Part shown: positions 9,706 through 18,096 of the stretch, in pieces
Position numbering within the stretch: the first letter of the stretch is position 1
How the letters are laid out: each line of letters starts with the position of its first letter
Sequence record: NZ_CP118102.1
DNA from: a plasmid
Length of the DNA stretch: 64,000 bases
Strand: one strand, 5' to 3'
Notes under the pieces: model-generated
Seen by the model: only the letters and a program-made list of their open reading frames with translations
What the model was told of the DNA's origin: nothing
The model's database searches: none
Position numbers and translations under genes: made by a program

Positions 9706-10425
9706 ATGATGGGAAGAGCACATTTAGTTATCAGTACGGGGCTATCCTTATCTGCACTCCAACTAGCTGATCAAGAAATTACAATACCCGTAATAGTAGT
9801 TGCTGTTTTAAGTTCACTACTTCCTGATATCGATGAACCAAATTCTCTTTTAGTTTCAAGAGCAATTCCAAAAACAGTAATTCGCACATTCCAGCTGCTT
9901 CTCTTATTGGCTGCAGCTGCTGTCATCTTTCTTGGAGAAGCGTATTCTCCGTGGAATTATATGTTGGCCATAGCTGCAGCAATCATTACCTTTCTCCCGA
10001 ATCGAACATTGAAGAATGTCATTATGATTTTAACGGGAATCATACTGATTGCTTTCGGCAGCCAAATCTCGCCTTGGAACTATATTGGAGGTTCCTTACT
10101 TATACTTGTGTCGTTCCTGCCGCACCGAGGATTAACTCATACAATCTATGGATTGGTTGGTTGGACCTTGATCTTATATTTGACTACAGGTGATATATCT
10201 ATCTGGCTAGCTGGAGGGTTATCCTACATGCTTCATCTACTTGCAGATGCATTAACGAACCGTGGTATACGAATTCTCCCACCATTTAAGTACGTACTGA
10301 GATTTCGGATTATGAGTACAGGAAGTTTCAGAGGTTCCCTAGTTGAATATCTTTGCATGGGAGTGACACTTGGTGTGGTCTGGCTCACATTTTTCTTAGA
10401 TAAAAATTTATTTACTGGAGGCTAA
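9706..10425 (+). CDS. DUF457/YdjM-family membrane-bound metal-dependent hydrolase
   Basis: 239 aa multi-TM protein. N-terminal MMGRAHLVISTGLSLSAL and HRGLTHTIYGLVGW histidine motifs typical of the family. GAAAGGAG RBS. Start is 20 nt after the dinG stop, indicating an operon. Confidence 0.5.
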   Translation: MMGRAHLVISTGLSLSALQLADQEITIPVIVVAVLSSLLPDIDEPNSLLVSRAIPKTVIRTFQLLLLLAAAAVIFLGEAYSPWNYMLAIAAAIITFLPNRTLKNVIMILTGIILIAFGSQISPWNYIGGSLLILVSFLPHRGLTHTIYGLVGWTLILYLTTGDISIWLAGGLSYMLHLLADALTNRGIRILPPFKYVLRFRIMSTGSFRGSLVEYLCMGVTLGVVWLTFFLDKNLFTGG

Positions 10426-10428
10426 ATT

Positions 10429-10695
10429 ATGAGTCTTGATCTTCAAATTATTAGAATCAATTTATATCCCGTTTTTAAGGAATTAAAGGCTAAATACGGA
10501 CTAACAAAGAGAGAAACACAAGTGATTGAAGCTTTAACTATCTACGGTGAAAACAACCATAATCTAGGGAGCAGATTAAAAGTTAGTGAGAACACAATAA
10601 AAAATCATATGTCCCGAACATTGGTTAAGACCAAACTTAGCTCTGCCCGTGAACTTCAAGCTCTTATTCTAAGATCCTTAATGAGTTTTGAATAA
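10429..10695 (+). CDS. LuxR/GerE-type HTH transcriptional regulator (small, single domain)
   Basis: LTKRETQVIEAL...LGSRLKVSENTIKNHMSRTLVKTKLSSARELQALIL matches the LuxR-family HTH. GGAGG RBS. Starts 4 nt after the preceding gene. Confidence 0.6.
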   Translation: MSLDLQIIRINLYPVFKELKAKYGLTKRETQVIEALTIYGENNHNLGSRLKVSENTIKNHMSRTLVKTKLSSARELQALILRSLMSFE

Positions 10696-10785
10696 AGTAA
10701 CTGCTACAGTAATCACATCCTTAAACCAGCTAAATACATAATTAGTAGATGTTAAGAACACATTCAGGGAAGGAGACCTCTTAAA

Positions 10786-11253
10786 ATGTCATATATTCAT
10801 TTATCCGTACAAGAGCTACAGCGATTACTTTCTTTGTTTCCTGCTTCATTAAAAACAGAAGATACATCTCTTTATAACAAGTTGCATGATTGCCTCGAAA
10901 AAAATAAAGAAAGAAGTAAATATGATTTTCTCATTGAGCAATTTTCAGAGTTCCGATTATCTCAAATATTCGAAATTCCTGAACACTTGATGGATCTAGA
11001 AGTAGGGTACTATTTTGGTCAGTTTGAAGGGAAAACTTATCGCAGCGTGGCAAAGTATTTAAAGCGTAATGACTATACCATTATGCGAGACTTAATGGAG
11101 ATTACCGTATATAAGCTAGGTAATATTCGTTATATTGGACCCATCGGAAGATCTGCTATCTTTGATGCCTTAGATCCCTATTTAATACCTAAATATTTTC
11201 CAACAGATGTTACTACACGGTCTGAACACACCACACACAAGAGTGTTATCTGA
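10786..11253 (+). CDS. hypothetical protein
   Basis: 155 aa, GGGAAGGAG RBS, no recognisable motifs. Confidence 0.4.
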   Translation: MSYIHLSVQELQRLLSLFPASLKTEDTSLYNKLHDCLEKNKERSKYDFLIEQFSEFRLSQIFEIPEHLMDLEVGYYFGQFEGKTYRSVAKYLKRNDYTIMRDLMEITVYKLGNIRYIGPIGRSAIFDALDPYLIPKYFPTDVTTRSEHTTHKSVI

Positions 11254-11336
11254 TATATTTGTTTATGAGAGAAGGGTTCTCGAGTCTCATCGGTCTTAGT
11301 TATAAGTAACATACATACATTTAGGAGGAAATTCAA

Positions 11337-11507
11337 ATGAAACCTAATGAGATTACAGAAGAAAAGCCCAAAACAACTAAAAATCTTGATAAAAATGACT
11401 TCTTAAAGAGAATAAAGAGCATTAAATCTGAGGATTTGATAGGCATTATCGGTATGACCATCGCGTTAGCTACTGCTTTTATTCTGATTATCGGAGTTTT
11501 TATGTAG
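11337..11507 (+). CDS. small hypothetical membrane protein (56 aa, C-terminal TM helix)
   Basis: Not in the ORF track (under 60 aa). AGGAGGAAATTCAA-ATG. Sequence MKPNEITEEKPKTTKNLDKNDFLKRIKSIKSEDLIGIIGMTIALATAFILIIGVFM. Confidence 0.3.
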   Translation: MKPNEITEEKPKTTKNLDKNDFLKRIKSIKSEDLIGIIGMTIALATAFILIIGVFM

Positions 11508-11949
11508 AGGCTTGGAAGAAATGTTTTTGAGCATTACGTTATATACAGTAGTAGCGAACATCAAATAAAGCAAAGTCGGTAAGTAGATAAAGAAGGGGGA
11601 ATTTTGGAAACAATCTCGAAGGATTACTTAAGGTCAGCATAAATAAGGTTCAGCCGTTTGGGGAAGGGTGAGACACACCTTTCTCCATCCTTAAAACTAA
11701 CTGCTCATTTATAAGGCGTATAGTTTACACCGTAGAGCTTCACTCAGGTTGAATCATATGCTATACTTACTTCATTATTAGTACTTAATGTTTTTCTTTG
11801 CCGCTATAGTTCGGTAAAGATAGGGGAAACGGTATTATACCGTCAAAATATGAGGCTACCTATTAGCCGTTGGAAACAGGAGACAACCTTTGGTGTGTCT
11901 TTTTTTGTTTTCAACGGCTATTTTTGTGCCTAATTGAGGAGGAATAAAA

Positions 11950-12291
11950 ATGCGTATTAACATGAACACTCTTAAGCAAATCCTGCCCTGTCTACCAGAT
12001 GGACAAACCACCTCAAAAACACTATCAGTTGGAATCTTCCGTGCTATTGAGGCTGCCCATGAATTGGTTGATAGCAGTGAAGTTGACTGGAATTCGTTTA
12101 CGCTTGCGGAAGCTGAAGAAGCTTTAGATCATGCTATGGCGTACGAGTGCGATGAACACATCGAGCATGGGGATTATGCCAACATCAACAGTGGTAATGC
12201 AATTCACGAATACCTGCATAGTCATAATCTCATATTTCAGTTGAAGCGGTCTGCTCCTGAAAAACAGACAGCCGCAATTCAATTCTTTTGA
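11950..12291 (+). CDS. hypothetical protein
   Basis: 113 aa, GAGGAGGAATAAAA-ATG strong RBS. Confidence 0.45.
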   Translation: MRINMNTLKQILPCLPDGQTTSKTLSVGIFRAIEAAHELVDSSEVDWNSFTLAEAEEALDHAMAYECDEHIEHGDYANINSGNAIHEYLHSHNLIFQLKRSAPEKQTAAIQFF

Positions 12292-12476
12292 GAGGTGTGA
12301 GGAGAATATGGAGAAGTCCTACTACTGTTCAGAACAGGTTGGACAAATGCAGGCTACCTACGACTCTTTAGTCATGCTGAAGATGATCGAGGTTGCTGGA
12401 TGTGATATCGTGAACAACCCAGTCAATTACTACTGTTATGATTGGGGGGATCAATATCCCGTATTTGTTACATGCA

Positions 12477-13799
12477 TTAAAAGAGTATTTGGAGGTTGGT
12501 GGCGCAGCTGGTGGAGTTTAACGTGCTGTTGGCGGTGCTTGCGTTGTCGTTCGTTGAAGAGTTGTCAGCATTGGAGGTATTGGTGGTAGTATTATCGCCT
12601 GTCGACGCTGTTGCTGTAGGCGTAGAGGTGTTATCACCTGTGGTGGCAGTGGCACTGGTTGTGGATGAATTATCGCCAGTGGTTGAGGAACTGTCACCTG
12701 CACTCGATGTAGCATCTGTATCCGATGAGTTTGTTGCAGGACCACTTGTTGTGGTTGACGTATTATCACCATTCGTTGATGTGCTATCACCTGAGCTGCT
12801 GGTGGCGTCCGTATCCGATGAGTTGGCCGCAGGACCACTACTTGTGGTGGAGGTATTATCTCCATTGGTGGAGGTACTATCACCCGATGACGAAGTGCTG
12901 GTGGCGTCTGATGCGTTGTTCGAGCCGCTAGTTGAGGTTAATGTATCGGTCACGGTAGCCGAACTATCATTATCACTGTTGTTGGTTGCACCACTGGTGG
13001 AATTAACCGTTTCGTTAATGGTAGAGTCACTATCGGTATTAGAGGTATTGTTCGAGCCGCTTGTGCTTGTTAATGTGTCATTGACAGTAGCCGAACTATC
13101 ATTATCACTGTTGTTGGTTGCACCACTGGTGGAATTAACCGTTTCGTTAATGGTAGAGTCACTATCGGTATTAGAGGTATTGTTCGAGCCGCTTGTGCTT
13201 GTTAATGTGTCATTGACAGTAGCCGAACTATCATTATCACTGGTGTTGGTTGCACCACTGGTGGAATTAACCGTTTCGTTAATGGTAGAGTCACTATCGG
13301 TATTAGAGGTATTGTTCGAGCCGCTTGTGCTTGTTAATGTGTCATTGACAGTAGCCGAACTATCGTTATCACTGGTGTTGGTTGCACCACTGGTGGAATT
13401 AACCGTTTCGTTAATGGTAGAGTCACTATCGGTATTAGTGGCGTTCGTTGCCGTACTTTGGTTATCGACTTTTTCGAAAATTTTCGAGTCGCTGTCGCTT
13501 TCCGAATGATTTTTAGCGCCACTTTCGCTTGTAAGTTGATCGTTAATGGTGGATCCGCTGTCGTTATCATTTGTGCTTGTGGCATTACTAATGGCATGAG
13601 CTTGGTTTTTAGCAAGGTTTTTAGCAAGGTTTTTAGCAAGGCTTTTGGCAATCGCCTTGTCGATCGCCTTGGCTAAGGAAATCGTCACTTTGACAGGCGG
13701 CTTGCGGTGTTTGTGTTTTTTACGATGACAGCTACACGCTGTTTGCTGGGAAGATTTTTTTTTGCAGGTTGTTTTTCTTTTTCTAAATTCCTTTGTCAT
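12477..13799 (-). CDS. Ser/Thr/Asn/Asp-rich tandem-repeat protein with a basic Cys/His/Lys-rich N-terminus (spore-coat/CotG-like or surface protein candidate)
   Basis: AAAGGAGAGG RBS 8 nt upstream of ATG on the minus strand. N-terminus MTKEFRKRKTTCKKKSSQQTACSCHRKKHKHRKPP, then LAKNLAKNLAKN. Four 44-aa repeats TSTSGSNNTSNTDSDSTINETVNSTSGATNTSDNDSSATVNDTL, then an S/T/G/D-rich tail. No signal peptide seen. Confidence 0.55.
   Translation of the reverse strand: MTKEFRKRKTTCKKKSSQQTACSCHRKKHKHRKPPVKVTISLAKAIDKAIAKSLAKNLAKNLAKNQAHAISNATSTNDNDSGSTINDQLTSESGAKNHSESDSDSKIFEKVDNQSTATNATNTDSDSTINETVNSTSGATNTSDNDSSATVNDTLTSTSGSNNTSNTDSDSTINETVNSTSGATNTSDNDSSATVNDTLTSTSGSNNTSNTDSDSTINETVNSTSGATNNSDNDSSATVNDTLTSTSGSNNTSNTDSDSTINETVNSTSGATNNSDNDSSATVTDTLTSTSGSNNASDATSTSSSGDSTSTNGDNTSTTSSGPAANSSDTDATSSSGDSTSTNGDNTSTTTSGPATNSSDTDATSSAGDSSSTTGDNSSTTSATATTGDNTSTPTATASTGDNTTTNTSNADNSSTNDNASTANSTLNSTSCATNLQILF
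12925..13445. repeat. 132-bp tandem repeat x about 4, inside the repeat-protein gene
   Basis: The CCGAACTATC anchor recurs at 12959, 13091, 13223 and 13355, exactly 132 bp apart, with near-identical units. Confidence 0.85.
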
Positions 13800-14051
13800 T
13801 ACTTCTATCCTCTCCTTTGATGGGGGTAGTTGACTACCCTTTAGTATATTTGCCTGCTATTAACTCGGAAACGGCGAATCTACCTATAAATTTTTGTCCA
13901 TCTATCAAATACACAGAAAATGGGCAAAAAAAGACCTTGTCTCGCTCTCGGCAAGACAAGGTAAGGTCCATGACAAAGGAGGTGTAGCTACCCTATGTTT
14001 GATATATGCAGGAGGACGGGTTTTCGCTCCCCTTGCCCTGGACAGTCAACC

Positions 14052-14089
14052 GGGGTATTGCCAACAAAACGCGGAAAGCGTACGCTAAG
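14052..14089 (+). mobile_element. 38-bp Tn3-family (Tn4430-type) terminal inverted repeat; GGGG outer end at 14052 facing the 12.2-kb segment, TAAG inner end towards the core
   Basis: GGGGTATTGCCAACAAAACGCGGAAAGCGTACGCTAAG. It matches the reverse complement of 1838-1875 at 35/38 positions. It is followed by only about 240 bp of low-GC DNA before the high-GC core resumes, so it looks like a solo or truncated element end. Confidence 0.7.
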
Positions 14090-14368
14090 AAACCTTGAAA
14101 TTTATTAGCCTCAATCTATCCAAATGATTCCATCCAAAAGAAGCAAACCCTCCCTACTTTGCAAGGGCTAGGGGGATTACCAAGAATATAAAAGAGAAAA
14201 GAATCGGAAATAAGATCAACCTCAAATAGTCGGTGATTCCTTAAGTATAAGAAACGTTGGCTTTTTTATATAGAAAAATCCTTAGAGTATATTTTCGTCA
14301 AAATGTTGGATGGACCCCTAAAGGGAAAAAAAGGGGAGCCGTGGGGGCTCCCGCAAAGAATCCCGTTT

Positions 14369-15706
14369 CTATTGGTTTGCTCTAGCAAGCATTTTTTGCA
14401 TTTCCGTCACGAATTCTTCCGAAGCGGAATCGATGGAGGCTGCGCCGAAGGCGATTTTCTCGCTCGTCAATTTCAGAAGCTTGATGAATTCGTTGTCATA
14501 AGGGAAGTGCTCGTATCCGTTGCCCGTCGAAATCTTCGTCGCGAGCGAGATGTAGTCGTACAGAATTTTGTCGATCGGAGTCGATTCCGCGGACAGCGCG
14601 TCGCGGATTTTCGCCGAAGGCGGAACGCCGCGGGTGCTGCCCAGGATAGCGGCCGCTTCCGGATCGTTGACCATGAAGTCCATGAACTTGGCGACTTCCT
14701 CCGGATATTTCGTTCCTTCATAGGAAGTAATGAATTGTCCGGACACCGGAGGGCTCATGCCGTTGCCGGCAGGACCGGCAGGGTTCGGCAGCAGGCCGAG
14801 CTGGTCTTCCGTCAAAGCTTGATAACCGAAAATTTGCGAAGCGGATGCGCCCTGGATGGCGACTTGCCCTTTCACGATCAACGATTTGTCGACGGCATCC
14901 GGCGGATTGGCGACTTGAACTTCCGCAGGTACGATCGCTCCGGCTTGGCGAAGCTCGTCCCACATCGAGAACCAGTTGACCACGTCCTGCTTGTCGAACT
15001 TGAGCTCGCCGCTGCGATATAGCTCTTTGCCGTGGGCGGCCAGGTAAGTGGTGAAGGACGCGTTGTCGCTGGACAGATCGTAAGAGCCGTAGAAGCCTTT
15101 GCCAAGCTTCTCGCTGATTTGCAGCGCGCTGTTCTTGAAGTCGTCGAACGTCCAGCTTTCGCCGTTCGGGACCGGAACGCCGGCTTTGTTGAACATCGTC
15201 GCGTTGAACAGCAAGGCTGTCTGGCTGACGCCCAGCGTGACGCCGTACAATTTGCCGTCCGCGGTCGCTTCGTTGATCAAGCTTTGATCGAAGTCTTCCA
15301 GGCGGATGGCATTGCCGACATACGGCTGCAAGTCGAGCAGCGCGTTGCGTCCGACGTACTCCATGATGTTGCCGCCCATCTGGATCAGATCCGGAGCGTT
15401 GCCCGCGGCGATCTGCGTGTTCAGCTTGTCGAAGTAGCCGTCCATGCCGGAATATTCGGCCGTGATTTTGATGTTCGGATTCTGTTTCTCGAACAGCTCG
15501 ATGGCGGCAAGCGTTTTATCGTGTCTCTCTTGCGACCCCCACCATGCCATTCTGAGTTCAACGTTGCTCGGTTTCTCCGAAGCTTTGGCCGAAGCGCTGG
15601 GACTGGCTGCGCCAGAGCCCGACTTGGAGTCGTTCGCGTTGCCGCAAGCGGACAGCAGAAGCGCGCATGTCGCTAGCGCGGCGAACAAAGGTTTTTTGCG
15701 TAACAT
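14369..15706 (-). CDS. ABC transporter extracellular solute-binding lipoprotein (family 1, carbohydrate)
   Basis: GGAGG RBS 9 nt upstream of ATG (MLRKKPLFAALATCALLLSAC, lipobox LSAC). The track ORF extends to 15745. Family-1 SBP length and pattern. Confidence 0.85.
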   Translation of the reverse strand: MLRKKPLFAALATCALLLSACGNANDSKSGSGAASPSASAKASEKPSNVELRMAWWGSQERHDKTLAAIELFEKQNPNIKITAEYSGMDGYFDKLNTQIAAGNAPDLIQMGGNIMEYVGRNALLDLQPYVGNAIRLEDFDQSLINEATADGKLYGVTLGVSQTALLFNATMFNKAGVPVPNGESWTFDDFKNSALQISEKLGKGFYGSYDLSSDNASFTTYLAAHGKELYRSGELKFDKQDVVNWFSMWDELRQAGAIVPAEVQVANPPDAVDKSLIVKGQVAIQGASASQIFGYQALTEDQLGLLPNPAGPAGNGMSPPVSGQFITSYEGTKYPEEVAKFMDFMVNDPEAAAILGSTRGVPPSAKIRDALSAESTPIDKILYDYISLATKISTGNGYEHFPYDNEFIKLLKLTSEKIAFGAASIDSASEEFVTEMQKMLARANQ

Positions 15707-16074
15707 GGAATCGGACCTCCTTTTTTTAACCTGCATGTTCATCATAAGAACTATTCGGTCCCGCGAACATAAAGAAAAGTAAGGGGAACGTATAAAAATG
15801 TTAGGTGTTGCCGAAGACGCAGAAAGAAAAGGCGTCCCTTGGTCCGTTTCGGACGACGGAAGGGACGCCTCTGTTACTCCAATGTACTTTCTTATAGTGC
15901 GTGTTCAAAAAGTCGGCTTTTCAGGACCGAGAAGGTTGGATGAAGCTTAGGGATTGAGGAGCGGAGCGTAGGAAAACCTACGTGAGCACCGGAAAGCCCG
16001 GCTGAATTCAAGATTCGATGTCGAATTCTTCCTGCTCTACTTCGTCATCAAAAGCTGACTTTTTGAACATCCTC

Positions 16075-16995
16075 TTATAGATAAGAATGCTTGGCGTAGG
16101 TCCGCTTGTAGCGCTGCTCAAGTCCGTTGGAAACGAGCTGGAAGCCCATGATCAGCAGGACGTAGGAAGCCAGGGGAATGAACAGAATCCATTGATTCAC
16201 GTACAGGAAGCCCCGGGCTTGTCCGATCAAACCGGCCCATTCGTTGGTGCGGCTATGATACTCGGGAGGGTCCATGTACATCGTCGTGCCGCCTACGAAC
16301 AGGTTAAAGATCGCCAGCTGCCCGAACAGCGTCAGCACGAGCACGATTTCCTGCACGAGCAAAATGAGGAAGCTTTCCTTCAGGAACGGGAACAGATGAG
16401 AACGAACGATCGTCCAATGCCCGGCCCCGAGCGATTCGCTGGCAAGCACGTAAGGCCGGTCGCGCAGGACGAGCGTCTTATCCTTGATCGTCGACAGGAC
16501 GGAAGGGACCCCGACCGCCGTCAGCACGATTCCGAGCAGCACGGAAAGCTGCAGCGGAGACAGGGAGGAATTGATCGAGATGCCGATCAGCAGCAGCCAC
16601 GTGATCAGGAAGATCGGAATGCCGTTGAGCGCCTTCCAGGAGTCCCCCGCGGACCGCTTGTCCGCTTTGTTCCCTCCGAAATAGCCGAGCAGCATGCCGA
16701 GCAGACCGCCTGCGAATACGCGCGCCAAGGCGATGCCGAAGGACAGGAACAGCGTATATTTCGCGCCGTCCAGCAGCTTGGCCAGCAGGTCGTAGCCGTA
16801 TTTGTCCGTGCCGAGCGGATATTCGCTGCCCGGAGCGGCAGGAGGAGCGACGACTGTTCCCTTGCCTTGATCGTCCACGATATATTCGACTTTTAATTGG
16901 TCTTGCAGATCGTGGGGCGACAAATATCCGCCGAACAGGGCGCCGAGCGTAATCAGGACGGTAATCGCCAGTCCGGCCAGCAAGCTCTTGTTCAT
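16075..16995 (-). CDS. carbohydrate ABC transporter permease
   Basis: Six-TM pattern. EAA-like loop region. Probable start MNKSLLAGL with GAGAAGGTG RBS. ATGA overlap with the upstream permease stop. Confidence 0.8.
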   Translation of the reverse strand: MNKSLLAGLAITVLITLGALFGGYLSPHDLQDQLKVEYIVDDQGKGTVVAPPAAPGSEYPLGTDKYGYDLLAKLLDGAKYTLFLSFGIALARVFAGGLLGMLLGYFGGNKADKRSAGDSWKALNGIPIFLITWLLLIGISINSSLSPLQLSVLLGIVLTAVGVPSVLSTIKDKTLVLRDRPYVLASESLGAGHWTIVRSHLFPFLKESFLILLVQEIVLVLTLFGQLAIFNLFVGGTTMYMDPPEYHSRTNEWAGLIGQARGFLYVNQWILFIPLASYVLLIMGFQLVSNGLEQRYKRTYAKHSYL

Positions 16996-17879
16996 CGGGC
17001 GATCACCTTCTCCCATCCCCATAGATACAGTCTGATCAGCGCGTATACGACGGCGTACAGAACAATTAATGTCATTAATCCATTAACGACCAGCGCGTAT
17101 TGGTACCCGCCGAAGCCGAAAGCGTCGGAGAACAGGAACATTGTCACTCCATTGAGGTTGTACAAATATTCCACGACGAAAATGTTGCCCATGAGAATGC
17201 CGAGCAGCTTGTGCAGATCCGCCTTGAAGAAGGGAAGCACGTTGGGCAGGGCATGATGGAAGACGATGCGCATTCTGCTTAATCCGCTCGCTTTGGCGAA
17301 GCCGATGTAATCCTCGCTCAGCGTAAGCTTCATCTGCATCGCCACGTTCCGGATCATGTAGTTGGCCGGAATGATCGTGGCAGAGAGCAGCGGCAGCGCG
17401 ATCGCGGGATCGTCCGTGGACAAGCTGGCGACCTGGAACACGACGGCTCCGGTTTTCGATGCGATGAAGACGACGGCGAATTGCAGCAGCATAATCATTA
17501 CGAAGTCAGGCAGCGCGCCCAGCAGCTCGACGATCCGTTTCAGCCATTCGGCCTTGGAGAGGGCGAAGTAAACGCCGATTATCAGGCCAAGCGTCATGCC
17601 GAGCAGGCTTCCGGCGGAAATATAGAAGAACGACACTTTGAAGGAAGCGCCGATCCGCTCCCAGAAGGAGTATTCGTTTTTGCCGGAGACGAAGCGGAAG
17701 GAATCCCCCGATCCGAGTCCGCCTAAGTAGTCGCTTAAGGCGGCAAAGCTTTGCGACCAGTGCAGCCGAAGCGAGCCGCCGTCCCCGTCCAGCTGAAGCA
17801 GCAGCGGAAGAAGGGAGACGGAGAGTATGAACGCCAGCGCGATTGGAACGATCATCGAGGCTTTGACGAGCCTGAGCAT
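16992..17879 (-). CDS. carbohydrate ABC transporter permease
   Basis: Multi-TM. Probable start MLRLVKAS with GGAAAGGAAG RBS. The track ORF extends to 17915. Confidence 0.8.
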   Translation of the reverse strand: MLRLVKASMIVPIALAFILSVSLLPLLLQLDGDGGSLRLHWSQSFAALSDYLGGLGSGDSFRFVSGKNEYSFWERIGASFKVSFFYISAGSLLGMTLGLIIGVYFALSKAEWLKRIVELLGALPDFVMIMLLQFAVVFIASKTGAVVFQVASLSTDDPAIALPLLSATIIPANYMIRNVAMQMKLTLSEDYIGFAKASGLSRMRIVFHHALPNVLPFFKADLHKLLGILMGNIFVVEYLYNLNGVTMFLFSDAFGFGGYQYALVVNGLMTLIVLYAVVYALIRLYLWGWEKVIAR

Positions 17880-18096
17880 GCTGAATTTCGCTTCCTTTCC
17901 ATCATTCTGATCCATCTAGTATAGCTTCGGACAGAAAAGATGAGAAGCGGATTCCGCAAAATCCAGGCGCCGTTAACATGATACAAACGAGGCATTTCTT
18001 ACATTAATCAACGGACTATTCCTCGATGCGCTGAATTTTCCGCACACTTGTAATAAAATGGCATCATTGCGCAGCTAAAACCGGGGGTGGATACCG

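Noticed and set aside
12308-12589. 93-aa plus-strand ORF after the 113-aa gene
   Set aside because: Its C-terminal roughly 35 residues (WWRSWWSLTCCWRCLRC...) overlap the 3' end of the RBS-supported minus-strand repeat-protein gene and look like antisense translation. It may be a shorter real gene ending near 12480, but this is unsupported.
1876-14051. The 12.2-kb low-GC segment as a single Tn3-family transposon bounded by the two IRs
   Set aside because: The IR orientation is wrong: both GGGG outer termini point into the segment rather than away from it. Each IR must therefore terminate an element lying outside the segment.
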